DNA from: a virus
Taxonomy: Duplodnaviria; Caudoviricetes
DNA length: 58,874 bases
IMG/VR virus record: IMGVR_UViG_3300034104_003823
Span: 1 to 58,874 of that record
Direction: 5' to 3' (one strand)
Numbering within the stretch: position 1 is the first letter of the stretch; the number at the start of each line of letters is the position of its first letter. The notes under the pieces were generated by a model, which was given only the letters and a program-made list of their open reading frames with translations, searched no databases and had not been told where the DNA came from. Both the position numbers and the translations under genes were made by a program. Of this stretch, positions 28,689-38,966 are shown one piece after another.

Positions 28689-28913
28689 ATGGATATAACA
28701 CAAAACAAATTAGAATCAATAAAAATTGTAGAAATCGTAAAAGATTACAAATCAAAATCTAACAAAGATTTAACTTTAGCTATGGATTTTATCCAAAAAG
28801 ATTTTGAATTAACAAAAGAAACTTTAATAAAGTTAACAAATCATTTAGATAAGTTAGAAAATACCTATAATATTTTATTAAAGGAATACCAATCAAGGAA
28901 TGGCACAACGTAG
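28689..28913 (+). CDS. Hypothetical protein
   Basis: 74 aa coiled-coil, in operon. Confidence 0.65.
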   Translation: MDITQNKLESIKIVEIVKDYKSKSNKDLTLAMDFIQKDFELTKETLIKLTNHLDKLENTYNILLKEYQSRNGTT

Positions 28914-30444
28914 AAATATATATCAAGGTTATGTAAAAGATAATATTGATCCAATGATGTTGGGTAGGATTCGTGTTGTCCCAGAATTTGAGATTTACAA
29001 TGACACACTTCCTAGTGGTTGGGATGAAACCAAAGATAAATGGACCGCAAAAGACCCATTTATTTTTTTACCACTTCTTCCATATTACATTAGTCAAGTA
29101 CCAAAAATAAATGAATATGTTCATTTATTTTATTATAATCCAGAAGAAAGGCTTGATGCCAATAAATTTTATATCCAAGGTCCAATAACAAGACCGCAAA
29201 ATAATTTTTTTGAGGATTACAGAAACTCAAAAGCAATGCTTGCTTCTGGTGAATTTTTAAAACAAGCCAATGCTATTAAAAATCCAGAAAATGGAACATA
29301 CAAATCTGAAACCTCAAAAGGTGTATATCCAGAACCAGGTGATAATGGTGTGTTAGGTCGAGGTACCGCTGACCTTGTAATAAAACAAGATGAGGTTTTA
29401 ATTAGAGCTGGAAAAAATACTGTTTTAGAAAGACCGGTAGAATCAACATCATATGGTTTTAATTTACCGATTGTAAATGAAAAAAGAGCATTTTTACAAG
29501 TATCAAATTTTCCATTTACAAAAGAAAAGGGACCCGAAGAAACAAGAAAAACAGAAGTTTTACTCACACAAAACGTAAAAAATGTTGTTGAGTGGGAAAT
29601 AAAAACTTTAAGTGGAAATACGGTACAATATGATGGTAGTGTTACGTTATATAAATTAAAAGATTCGCCACAAACATTAAGTGATCAAATATTCCTTTCA
29701 ACAGATTTAACAAATTATTATACAAATAAATTATATGAATTAAATTTTACTGGTAAAACATTTGATGATTCGGTTTCAATAATTAACGAATTTATTCAAG
29801 GTGTAAATCAAGGTAAAATAAATATAAGTGGTTTTACATCTTATCCATCATCACCAAGTTTAAATATAGAAGGTCAGTTTCCTTTTATATACCGTCCATC
29901 ACAAAGTAATTTTAAAATTTTAAATTTAACCGGTGGGACCGAAGTTGACACATTATTAAAATTTTATAATAAAGTAAAATTAAATCCAGCAACAAAGGCA
30001 AACGGATTCGGTTTGGTTTGGTTAAAAAATGTTGTTGGTCCACAAAAAACAACAAAAAAAGAAACTATTGAGCCTTCAGTGTTTTCACCTGGTAATTCAT
30101 CATACTCAACATTGGGTGCTGATTATTTATATTTACTATCACATAAAAGTGAAATTCCCGGAAAAAAACAGATTAATTTAATTGGGACTATATATGGAAT
30201 ACCTCAAGATAAATTTGCCGATGAGTTATTATTTCAGACAGAACCAATGGTTAGGGGTGACCAATTAATGCAATTTTTAAATTTAATGTTAAACTTTGTT
30301 TTATCACATTCACACCCATTCCCACAAATGCCACCATACCAAGAATACCCAACGGTTCCAAATGGTCCATCGGCAAAAAAATTACAAGAAATAATAAATA
30401 ATGCTGATAATGGAATTCTAAATCAAAATATTCGTATTAATTGA
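28900..30444 (+). CDS. Baseplate hub / central spike protein (gp5/gpV-like)
   Basis: N-terminal OB-fold motif GYVKDNIDPMMLGRIRV...LPLLP...VPKINEYV; C-terminal VRGDQL...HSHP (HxH spike tip). Confidence 0.7.
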   Translation: MAQRRNIYQGYVKDNIDPMMLGRIRVVPEFEIYNDTLPSGWDETKDKWTAKDPFIFLPLLPYYISQVPKINEYVHLFYYNPEERLDANKFYIQGPITRPQNNFFEDYRNSKAMLASGEFLKQANAIKNPENGTYKSETSKGVYPEPGDNGVLGRGTADLVIKQDEVLIRAGKNTVLERPVESTSYGFNLPIVNEKRAFLQVSNFPFTKEKGPEETRKTEVLLTQNVKNVVEWEIKTLSGNTVQYDGSVTLYKLKDSPQTLSDQIFLSTDLTNYYTNKLYELNFTGKTFDDSVSIINEFIQGVNQGKINISGFTSYPSSPSLNIEGQFPFIYRPSQSNFKILNLTGGTEVDTLLKFYNKVKLNPATKANGFGLVWLKNVVGPQKTTKKETIEPSVFSPGNSSYSTLGADYLYLLSHKSEIPGKKQINLIGTIYGIPQDKFADELLFQTEPMVRGDQLMQFLNLMLNFVLSHSHPFPQMPPYQEYPTVPNGPSAKKLQEIINNADNGILNQNIRIN

Positions 30445-30451
30445 TATTTAT
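30445..30451 (+). promoter_or_regulatory. Putative late promoter motif TATTTAT
   Basis: 13 nt upstream of ATG 30465. Confidence 0.55.
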
Positions 30452-30464
30452 AATAAAAAAGTAA

Positions 30465-31922
30465 ATGTCAATTAGTAATTCTTATTTTAGTAGAAATAAC
30501 ACAATTATTTATAAAAGTTTTACAAATACAGGTAGAAGTCCTGTTACAGAACTGTTTTATGGTAATGGTGGTATTGCAATACCAAGGGGTTATAGTAGAT
30601 TTATTTTTGATATTGATTTGAAACTTTTAAAAGAAAAGGTTGCAAATAAAGTAATATCAATGGACCCAAATTGTACTAATTTACCAAAACACATATTAAG
30701 GATGACAAATACATCCTATTTTGATAAAGATTTGTTAAACACAAAAACATCACAAGATAGATTAAGAGCAACATCATTTGATTTAATTTTATTTAGAATA
30801 CCATATAGAAATTTTGATGAGAATCAACCACAAATTTGGGACGAGGGTGTAGGTTATGATTTTGCGGATATTACCACACAAGTTCCATCTGATAAAGATT
30901 TTTCTGACAGACCAAGTAATTGGTATCAAACAACAACAATTGGTTTTTGGGAACAAGAAGGAATTTATAATAATGAAAATTTTGGAGCGTTTCCATTTTC
31001 AGCTCTTACAATATTGGATGCTCAACATTTTGAATTTGGGGACGAGAACATTGAATTTGATATGACCGATGAAATAAATGGAATATTAAAAGGTGATATT
31101 ATAAATCCGGTAGGTTGGGGTGTTGCATTTCTTCCTCAAGTTGAGAATCTAACAGGGACAACTGGCTCATATTCTGTTGGGTTTTTTACAAGACATACAC
31201 AAACATTTTATGAACCATTTTTGGAAACAAACTATAATGATTTAATTGAGGATGATAGAAATAATTTTAGTTTAGGTAAAACAAATAAATTATATCTATA
31301 CATTTATGAAGATGGTGATTTTAAAAACCTAGATCAAAATCCAACGGTTACAATACAAGACCAATCTGGTAATATAATATTTACACTACCTACTTGTCAA
31401 AGAACAAAAGGTGTATATGAGGTTATTGTTCCACCATTATTGGGGTATAAAACACCTTGTATTTTTACAGATACTTGGTCCGGAATTAAAATTAACAATT
31501 TTGATTTAAATGATATTGTAAATGAATTTGTGATAAGACCTGTAAGTAGTTCTTTTCAAATTGGTACCTCAACAAATGACCCAGCAATATATGGTTTTGA
31601 TTTCTTTGGAATTAAACAAGATGAAAAAATATTAAATAGTGATATTAGAAAAGTTGGGGTTATTATAAAACAAGCATATACCACAAATAAATTGTTACCA
31701 AAAGTAGAAGGTTATTATAGAATATATGTTAGGGAGGGTCAAACAGAAGTTCAAGTTCAAGACTGGACAAAATTAAATAGAACACCAAATGAGTATTACT
31801 TTATTTTTGACACAAGAGATAAAATACCAAATGAATATTTTATTGATTTGAAAGTGATTTCATCTGGTGAAGTAAATACTTATAAGAAACAAATAAAATT
31901 TCAAATAGTGAATAAAAAATAA
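30465..31922 (+). CDS. Putative virion structural protein (beta-rich)
   Basis: 485 aa, NTG..P..EL, SRFIFDID, WDEGVG motifs; follows the baseplate hub. Confidence 0.55.
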   Translation: MSISNSYFSRNNTIIYKSFTNTGRSPVTELFYGNGGIAIPRGYSRFIFDIDLKLLKEKVANKVISMDPNCTNLPKHILRMTNTSYFDKDLLNTKTSQDRLRATSFDLILFRIPYRNFDENQPQIWDEGVGYDFADITTQVPSDKDFSDRPSNWYQTTTIGFWEQEGIYNNENFGAFPFSALTILDAQHFEFGDENIEFDMTDEINGILKGDIINPVGWGVAFLPQVENLTGTTGSYSVGFFTRHTQTFYEPFLETNYNDLIEDDRNNFSLGKTNKLYLYIYEDGDFKNLDQNPTVTIQDQSGNIIFTLPTCQRTKGVYEVIVPPLLGYKTPCIFTDTWSGIKINNFDLNDIVNEFVIRPVSSSFQIGTSTNDPAIYGFDFFGIKQDEKILNSDIRKVGVIIKQAYTTNKLLPKVEGYYRIYVREGQTEVQVQDWTKLNRTPNEYYFIFDTRDKIPNEYFIDLKVISSGEVNTYKKQIKFQIVNKK

Positions 31923-31934
31923 AAAAAATATATT

Positions 31935-33761
31935 ATGGCATCAAACGGATTTAATTGTATAAATAATTTAACAACAAATTCATTTAATTTTAATGGTAAC
32001 ACACCTTTAGTTGGTGAAATATGGTCAACTTGGGATCAAACATCAGACCCAGAAGGTGCAAAAAGAGAATGTTGGGAAATAACAGATGCGACTGATTTAG
32101 GAGCTGTCAACCCATATCTTATATCGGAATATGCAGATTGTTATGAATGTTTATCAAATAATTACTATCTTGTTTTGGTTACAGATTGTATTGGTGGAGG
32201 TGAATATACAATACCACTATACGAATTTGGGTTTTTACCTATAGTCGGAGAAAAATACTATTTTGAAATAACAAACGTCGGAAAAAACGGTGGTCAATTT
32301 TTTTCTTGTTTTACAATTGGAACAAGGAAGGGATCAATTGTTCCTTTTTCAAAAGAAAGATTTGATGAAAATATTACATACAATAGGTTTCAATTTATAA
32401 ACGGTACACCATCTTCATTATCGTATGAAACTTGTGAGCCTTGTTTAAGTGGTAATTCATTTACATACGAAGTTACTAGATGTACAGATGGTGCAACAGA
32501 TTATGTACCATTAATTAATGACAGTTTTGTAGGTCATTTAATATCATATTCAGACGGTATTGATGAATATTGTGGTGTTGTTGGAGTAATAAATCCAGAA
32601 ACAACAACATTTGTTTTTATTAATGATTATGGATTATCAGAAACTGAAGGTGGGAGTGCTGTATGTGATGACTGTCTTGCTACAGAAAATCAAAAAATAT
32701 TATTACAAAGTTGTATAGACACTGAATACACAGAAGTTGTTTGGGCCTCAGCACTATTTGATAGTGGTGACATATCAAATTTATCAACCGATAGTGGTTG
32801 TTTTATAGTTTCTGGTTTAACAGAAAACGATGTAACAATTAATACTTATTTAAACTTTGACCCTCAACCAGGATGTGAACCTTGTATTGAGTGTAATGGT
32901 ATTAATTATAGTTACATAGGTTGTGTTGTTGAAGTAAGTGGTGATTTTAAATCTTATCAATATTTATCCGGTGGTACTACATTTTATCATCCAGCAATTG
33001 GTGAATGTTGTGAAGTTATTGGCACTTCTTCTTCATATTATGATACATTATATAGTGTTGAAACCTTTGAAGATTGTACTGATTGTGAAAATAATGTAGA
33101 TGTTGTTATTTGGAACGCTTCAGCTTGTACAAACTCAAATACATATAGTTCTTTTTATGTTACAACAGATAGTACAGCACAAATTGGTGATGTTGTTAAA
33201 TTAATGTGGGGTTCAAATGAATGGATTTGTGCCGGACTTATTAATACTGCCAGTTCTTACAGTGGTTATTATACTTATTATAACACACAAAAAAATGGAC
33301 TTGGTTCGACATTAATTTATGATAGTTGTGAAAATTGTAACTCACAAGGATTAATTGGTGTCACATTAGTTAATTGTGATAGTGGTGTCGAATCTTTTGT
33401 AAGTATAACACTTGATAATTATCTATCAATTTATAATTTTGGTTCAATATCAAACTATAGTGTTAAAGATTCTAATGGTAGTTGTTATCAAATATCAAAT
33501 CTTTGTCCAATACCATTGGAAGAACAAAATTTTACTCCTGTTGAATTTTATTTAAGTTGTTTATTTTGTGATTCTGGACTTCAACCAAGAAGTGCAAATA
33601 CCGAATCATTTATTTGTGTAGTTTGTTGTGATTGTGGTGCAACCGGATCAACAGTAACACAAGTAAGTCCTCCACATCCAGTATGGACCGATGGTTATGG
33701 AACTCAAGTAACACAATTAAATATGATTACACTTGGTGGAATTAATGGTTTAAACAATTAA
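31935..33761 (+). CDS. Cys-rich repeat protein (probable virion appendage)
   Basis: 608 aa, acidic, about 7 modules each with CxxC plus additional Cys. Confidence 0.6.
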   Translation: MASNGFNCINNLTTNSFNFNGNTPLVGEIWSTWDQTSDPEGAKRECWEITDATDLGAVNPYLISEYADCYECLSNNYYLVLVTDCIGGGEYTIPLYEFGFLPIVGEKYYFEITNVGKNGGQFFSCFTIGTRKGSIVPFSKERFDENITYNRFQFINGTPSSLSYETCEPCLSGNSFTYEVTRCTDGATDYVPLINDSFVGHLISYSDGIDEYCGVVGVINPETTTFVFINDYGLSETEGGSAVCDDCLATENQKILLQSCIDTEYTEVVWASALFDSGDISNLSTDSGCFIVSGLTENDVTINTYLNFDPQPGCEPCIECNGINYSYIGCVVEVSGDFKSYQYLSGGTTFYHPAIGECCEVIGTSSSYYDTLYSVETFEDCTDCENNVDVVIWNASACTNSNTYSSFYVTTDSTAQIGDVVKLMWGSNEWICAGLINTASSYSGYYTYYNTQKNGLGSTLIYDSCENCNSQGLIGVTLVNCDSGVESFVSITLDNYLSIYNFGSISNYSVKDSNGSCYQISNLCPIPLEEQNFTPVEFYLSCLFCDSGLQPRSANTESFICVVCCDCGATGSTVTQVSPPHPVWTDGYGTQVTQLNMITLGGINGLNN

Positions 33762-33765
33762 CATT

Positions 33766-34140
33766 ATGAACGACAATAGAATAAAAAAAATAATTAGAGA
33801 AGAGATAAATAAAAAACAAGAAATTGATGAGGCAATCCTTGACCCAGTAAGAGATGTATGGTCTGGTGTTAAGGGTGTTTTTAGAGGTGAAGGTTATAGT
33901 TATTACAAATATTTGAGTCAACTAAAAAATTTATCAAGAGATTTAAAAAGATTAGACAAACCAAATCATAATGTTATGAAAAAACTGAACGAAATTAATA
34001 ACGATATTCAACAGACTAAAATGAGACCCGAACAAAAACAAAATATTAAAACAATAATTGATAACGCAACGCACCATTTTAATCAATACTCAAGATATAT
34101 TGAAGCTATTGAGCAGGCAATATCAAATAAAATAAAATAA
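33766..34140 (+). CDS. Hypothetical protein (candidate head protein)
   Basis: Starts MNDNRIKKIIREE. Confidence 0.65.
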   Translation: MNDNRIKKIIREEINKKQEIDEAILDPVRDVWSGVKGVFRGEGYSYYKYLSQLKNLSRDLKRLDKPNHNVMKKLNEINNDIQQTKMRPEQKQNIKTIIDNATHHFNQYSRYIEAIEQAISNKIK

Positions 34141-34145
34141 GAGTT

Positions 34146-34607
34146 ATGAATAGATTAGATAGTATTATTAAAAAAGTTTTAAAGGAAGAAGAAAATATGT
34201 CATCAAGATATATGTTTTTTTCAAACCTTGAACAAATGAAAAGACAATGTGAATTATTATTACAATTAGATGAAAATACTGTGGAATCTATTTTAGAAAA
34301 TGGACATGATTGGGCTCAAGACCATATTGCTGAAGCTAAAAATAATATGGACCAAGTATTTGATTTTTTAATGAATCAAACAAATGACACAAAAAAGAAA
34401 AATATGTCTTTTGTTGATAAAGATATGATTATGATGGAAGGTAGGAAAAAAACCGGAACCAAATTATGTGCTCGTGGTAAAGCAGCCGCAAAATCTAAAT
34501 TTGACGTGTACCCCAGTGCTTACGCAAATGGTTATGCTGTACAAGTATGTAAAGGTAAAAAACCAGGACTTGATGGTAAAAAACGTTGTTCTGGCGTTTA
34601 TTGTTAA
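34146..34607 (+). CDS. Hypothetical protein with C-terminal 'YPSAYAN' viral domain
   Basis: Starts MNRLDSIIKKVLKEE; ends AKSKFDVYPSAYANGYAVQVCKG. Confidence 0.6.
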   Translation: MNRLDSIIKKVLKEEENMSSRYMFFSNLEQMKRQCELLLQLDENTVESILENGHDWAQDHIAEAKNNMDQVFDFLMNQTNDTKKKNMSFVDKDMIMMEGRKKTGTKLCARGKAAAKSKFDVYPSAYANGYAVQVCKGKKPGLDGKKRCSGVYC

Positions 34608-34658
34608 AAAATTTGTTTTATTGGATTTTTTGTTTTAAGTTTAAACAAAAAATAAATT

Positions 34659-35099
34659 ATGTCAGAAAATATCAAAAGATTCTTTAGTCGCTTAAAACTT
34701 AAATTTTATTTATGGTTGGTAAAAGGCGGTAATATTGTAAAACGTGAAGAAGAAATTTCACCTTATGAAAAAACTTGTTTTATGATTTGTCTAAAATTAA
34801 TGAAACAAAAAAACACAAAACTATCAATTGCACCAATGTCCAATAAAAGATATTTGGAAAACAAAGATTTAAGTATTTTTATCACAATTGCCGATGGAAG
34901 AATAAATCTTACAAATCACGTATATCATTATGATGTAAAACTATCAAGTAGAGATTGGGAAAGAATTACATATGTATTTGATTCTGAAACTGAAAAAAGA
35001 AGATTGACTTATGAAGAAACTGTAAATTCACAAATCAAAAATTCTTTACATAGTGTATTAGAAAAACTTTCTAATTTCAAGGAGGACTCTATCAACTAA
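34659..35099 (+). CDS. Hypothetical protein
   Basis: 146 aa, preceded by TTTG-N20-TAAGTTTA; 3' end overlaps the convergent gene. Confidence 0.65.
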   Translation: MSENIKRFFSRLKLKFYLWLVKGGNIVKREEEISPYEKTCFMICLKLMKQKNTKLSIAPMSNKRYLENKDLSIFITIADGRINLTNHVYHYDVKLSSRDWERITYVFDSETEKRRLTYEETVNSQIKNSLHSVLEKLSNFKEDSIN

Positions 35100-36131
35100 T
35101 TTATTGATAGATTCTTTTTTAGTTTTATATGATGTCATAACTGGTTTTTGTCCTTTACCTCTTTGTGGGTCATTTTTTTCAGCTTTTCTTTTTTGTTGAC
35201 AAGCAGCTCTTTTTTGTGAATCTGACATTTTACCAGCAACACCGGCTGCCCTACATTTTGGATATGAACCACTATCAGCGTCTTTTCTACCACAAGGTGG
35301 ATGTTTACCATCAACTCTTCTACAAATGTCAACCCAAGGTCCTTTTGGTTGTGACGAACCTTTTGGTTTTTTATTTTTACCAAACCAAACAGCCAAGTCT
35401 TCATTCATTTTTTTTATTTTAATTTTTTCTTTTTTTGTTTTAAAATTATTTTTAAATGGTTTATACCACTCAATTGGGTCATTTAATAATTGACCTTTAG
35501 TTATAACTTTTTCACGTTCACCATCAACATCATATGTTGGGACTTCAAAATTCCCATTTTGTGGTTCCCAACCACCAACAACTTTATAATGATTTTTCTT
35601 TGTTGTTTTTTTTTTAAAAAAATTATTTACTGGATTATCACTCTCTATCTCAAATGCACCAAGCTCTGATTTTTTCCATTTTCTCAATCCAAGCTCTTGT
35701 GGTCCGGAATATTCACCAGCAGTTGTTGATGTGGTTATTTCATTAATTTTTAATTTATTTTTTTTATGTTTTACTGGAATAACTTCTAATTTTTTTGAGT
35801 TTTCTTTACCACTTGGTGTTCTATTTAATACATTACCATCTTCATCACTATTTGTTGATTCTGGATGGTTTTTTATAAAATTAGTTACTTTTCTTGCAAC
35901 TTTTTCTAATTTCTTCCTTTTGTTTTTTGGTGTACTCATTTTTCCATCATAACTATCATACTCAAGTTCTGGAGAATCATATGGTGAAATCTCAATTGTA
36001 AAAGGACCATTTTGTGAATTTTCAAATTTTCTAATGCCCGGTTGTATTGGTGCAATATAACTACCCCTACTACCAGAAGAATCTCCAGTTGCTTCTCTTA
36101 ATATTCTCTTTATTATTTTTTCAATATTCAT
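35058..36131 (-). CDS. Hypothetical basic protein with C-terminal 'WF..WVDI..CGR..YPKC' viral domain
   Basis: 357 aa; starts MNIEKIIKRILREA; TATTTAT at 36138-36144. Confidence 0.65.
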   Translation of the reverse strand: MNIEKIIKRILREATGDSSGSRGSYIAPIQPGIRKFENSQNGPFTIEISPYDSPELEYDSYDGKMSTPKNKRKKLEKVARKVTNFIKNHPESTNSDEDGNVLNRTPSGKENSKKLEVIPVKHKKNKLKINEITTSTTAGEYSGPQELGLRKWKKSELGAFEIESDNPVNNFFKKKTTKKNHYKVVGGWEPQNGNFEVPTYDVDGEREKVITKGQLLNDPIEWYKPFKNNFKTKKEKIKIKKMNEDLAVWFGKNKKPKGSSQPKGPWVDICRRVDGKHPPCGRKDADSGSYPKCRAAGVAGKMSDSQKRAACQQKRKAEKNDPQRGKGQKPVMTSYKTKKESINKLVDRVLLEIRKFF

Positions 36132-36160
36132 TATATTATAAATATCAATTAAAATAAAAA

Positions 36161-36373
36161 ATGGAAGAAAATAAAATATATGGTAATTTATTTGGTGAAA
36201 TAAATTTAATTAGTGAGGATCATTTAGAAGCAATATTATCAACAATGGATAAGGAACACGCAATTTATTACCTTGTTGAATCGGTTAAAGCGGCCCATAA
36301 AAGAAATGCTTTTACAATTGGTGAGACCGAAGTTATTTCAAAATCAATTAGGGTGATTTCTTCCAACCCATAA
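36161..36373 (+). CDS. Hypothetical protein
   Basis: 70 aa, ATG with A-rich leader. Confidence 0.55.
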   Translation: MEENKIYGNLFGEINLISEDHLEAILSTMDKEHAIYYLVESVKAAHKRNAFTIGETEVISKSIRVISSNP

Positions 36374-36814
36374 TGTGTACAACATTACGTGCATATGGTA
36401 AAACACTAAACATATTATTGCCCAAGTTTCCATCCAGAAAAATCCACCATTTAATAGAAAAAATAATGATATAAGATATAGTGGAATATAGAATTTAAAT
36501 TTTTTAAGTGACAACATTGATACTCCGGACATAACAAAAAAACTAACAGCCAAAACATTATGTAATACAAACCAACTCTCAACTGAAAATACAGTTAAAA
36601 GTAATAAAAGTATTGCTGGTATTCTCCATTTAGGTAAGTCAAAGAAAAAATAACTAACAAGAGCATTTGTAAAAATAAATAAAGGTTGTAAAGGTGTTGT
36701 CCAAGATTGTGATATTGAAATTAAATCCCCACATACAAAATAGATAATAAAAGGTTGCAACAGAGCAAGAACTGATGTAAACAACCTTTTTATTATATCA
36801 AATTTTTCTATCAT
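36344..36814 (-). CDS. Small multi-pass membrane protein
   Basis: 156 aa with about 5-6 hydrophobic segments, SISQSW and LHNVLA..FF; start overlaps the stop of the T9SS-like gene. Confidence 0.65.
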   Translation of the reverse strand: MIEKFDIIKRLFTSVLALLQPFIIYFVCGDLISISQSWTTPLQPLFIFTNALVSYFFFDLPKWRIPAILLLLLTVFSVESWFVLHNVLAVSFFVMSGVSMLSLKKFKFYIPLYLISLFFLLNGGFFWMETWAIICLVFYHMHVMLYTLWVGRNHPN

Positions 36815-38820
36815 CTAATTATTTTTCTCATAGTACCGTCTTCGTAAACTTCAAATACCAAACCTTTATAGTCTTCATTAACTTCTTGGCCGGACAAATT
36901 AATGTATTTAATGATTTTTTTACTTGAGAAATACCCTTGAATTGCAATTGGCCCAAATATTTCAAATTTACCGTCAATATCATATTGTATTAATCTATAA
37001 TATACAACATTTTCATTTCTATAATTATCTAAATATGTATAATTTATTTTTGACTGACTATTGTTTGCTGCCTGTTTTGTTGTTAAATATTTCCAATTTT
37101 CACCATCATCACTTCTTTCAACATTAAAATGAGATGAATTTTGTTCTGATGCTGTTGCCCATTTTAAACTATTAAATGTTGAATAACTTTTTCCCTCAAA
37201 GTAAAGTAATTCTACTGGCAAGGCAATAGGATTAGAAATTCTAACAGTATATTCTTCTATTTCACCATAACCATAACCAGTTGAATAATAAGCATCATTT
37301 GATGGTGTTGCATTCCAAACAGATAAAACCCTCATTAAAACGTCACCAGTTACAGCGTCTGATGGTACAGTAACTAACTGTGTTGTTGAGTTTGCTGGTG
37401 CTTTTTGTAAAACATTTTCTGTTGTTTGAAAAATTCCATCATTGTTATAATCAATCCATGTCGCATAACCTTGACCTGGACTAAGTGTGTTTGTCGCAGT
37501 AACACTTATTTGATATGGTTCTCCTTTAGTTAACTCAATAATTTGAGAAGTAAAATCTTGGTAAGCATCTCCATCATTTGTTGACGTATTGTTGATATTG
37601 TTTAATGTTACATTTGAAATATAGTCACCATCATCAATTCCTGTTGAGTATGTTGGTGCGTTTCTTAAATTTACACTAACAATATTACTAGTTCCAGAAG
37701 GACAGGTACCGTTTTTTGATGTTGATTTAAACCAAATTTGAGTTTGTTGTACATTCATTCTAATACTATATGGGTTTGCAGGATTACTTGTTGATCCTGC
37801 AACTGTAGTAAAATTGTCAAATGACCATTCAATTTTTGTAGTACTTCCTTCGTTACCACTTGTTGTTAATGTTGTCGCATCATTAACCGTTGTATTTGAT
37901 TTTGATGAGGTTAACGTACCACCATTTGTTGGTGTTGTACAAACTGTAACCGATGTTATATTAGCGGCAAACCCACCCCAAGTACCGACATTAGAAATAT
38001 CAGTTGTCCATCTAATTGTAAGTTGTCCTGACGCATTTTCCGCAGTCACATTAGGGGGTATTGTTGTACCATTAAGTGTTGCTAGTAATGTTGATGAGGT
38101 ATTTGGACCATCGTAAATGTATAGATAATCATAACTTGTTTCTAAATCCATTTGAGTGAATTCTAACTGTAACTTTTTTGTATTATCAGATGGTGTTAAT
38201 GTTATTGTTCTATTAACACTATTTGTATAACCACCAGCCATAGGGCCGGCAGGGCCAACATCGTCTGTTAATGTATATGTAAATGTTGAATTTAATGTTT
38301 GTGAACAAGCCCCAATCATAGGTATTAATGTGTTTTCACTTGAAACGGTTGATGTAATTCCTAAATCGTCCACATATCTTTCGTGTGTACCTGATCCTCT
38401 AGCATCGATTAATCTAATATAAACATTTGTTAAACCTAAAGCTCCAATATTTAATGAGTATTGTTGGTATGTTGTAGTAACAGTTGTTATAGACCCTCTA
38501 GTTGTCCAAGTTGTTCCATTTGGTGATGTTTGTATATTTAATGTCCAAGCAGTTGTGTTTGAACTTCTTCTATACCAAAATGTTAATACCCCAGGATTTG
38601 CAATTAATGGTGTTCTAATTGCGTCATTAAGACCATTAAATGTCAACATATTAGTTCCTGTTCTTACTGGTGTTGTACCATAAGGGACTGAAGTGTTTGT
38701 CCACGTACCCTTTTGTGTTGGTAGTGCAGAACTAAAACTTTCATAAAGAAAGTATTGGTTACATTGTGTAATTCCTATAAAAGAAATTAAAGTAAATAGT
38801 AAGATTAAAAAACTTTTCAT
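36811..38820 (-). CDS. Bacteroidota-type secreted protein: signal peptide, CUB, GEVED, Ig-like and T9SS-like C-terminal domain
   Basis: MKSFLILLFTLISFIG; DLETSYDYLYIYDGP (CUB); WIDYNNDG..MRV..GEIEEY (GEVED); LPVELLYF..W.TASEQNSSHF.VERS..YYRL.Q.D.DG; NLSGQEV..G..YEDG..KII. Confidence 0.8.
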   Translation of the reverse strand: MKSFLILLFTLISFIGITQCNQYFLYESFSSALPTQKGTWTNTSVPYGTTPVRTGTNMLTFNGLNDAIRTPLIANPGVLTFWYRRSSNTTAWTLNIQTSPNGTTWTTRGSITTVTTTYQQYSLNIGALGLTNVYIRLIDARGSGTHERYVDDLGITSTVSSENTLIPMIGACSQTLNSTFTYTLTDDVGPAGPMAGGYTNSVNRTITLTPSDNTKKLQLEFTQMDLETSYDYLYIYDGPNTSSTLLATLNGTTIPPNVTAENASGQLTIRWTTDISNVGTWGGFAANITSVTVCTTPTNGGTLTSSKSNTTVNDATTLTTSGNEGSTTKIEWSFDNFTTVAGSTSNPANPYSIRMNVQQTQIWFKSTSKNGTCPSGTSNIVSVNLRNAPTYSTGIDDGDYISNVTLNNINNTSTNDGDAYQDFTSQIIELTKGEPYQISVTATNTLSPGQGYATWIDYNNDGIFQTTENVLQKAPANSTTQLVTVPSDAVTGDVLMRVLSVWNATPSNDAYYSTGYGYGEIEEYTVRISNPIALPVELLYFEGKSYSTFNSLKWATASEQNSSHFNVERSDDGENWKYLTTKQAANNSQSKINYTYLDNYRNENVVYYRLIQYDIDGKFEIFGPIAIQGYFSSKKIIKYINLSGQEVNEDYKGLVFEVYEDGTMRKIIR

Positions 38821-38839
38821 AATTAAGTATTTTTTCTTA

Positions 38840-38846
38840 ATAAATA
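38840..38846 (-). promoter_or_regulatory. Putative late promoter motif TATTTAT
   Basis: 19 nt upstream of the T9SS-like gene. Confidence 0.5.
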
Positions 38847-38917
38847 CTTTGAAAAAGTTTAATTATAAAGTAAATTTTGTGTCAAATGAACATTAGTTGT
38901 AATTAAATTATTATTTA

Positions 38918-38947
38918 ATAAAAAAGGTCAGATTTCTCTGACCTTTT
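38918..38947 (-). terminator. Intrinsic terminator after major capsid gene
   Basis: AAAAGGTCAGA / TCTGACCTTTT stem with U-tract. Confidence 0.8.
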
Positions 38948-38966
38948 CTTATACTTTTAAGATATC

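Noticed and set aside
38821-38966. tRNA or ncRNA in the larger intergenic gaps (also 42561-42699 and 54738-54898)
   Set aside because: Too AT-rich, no cloverleaf or T-loop motifs; explained by terminators and promoter motifs.
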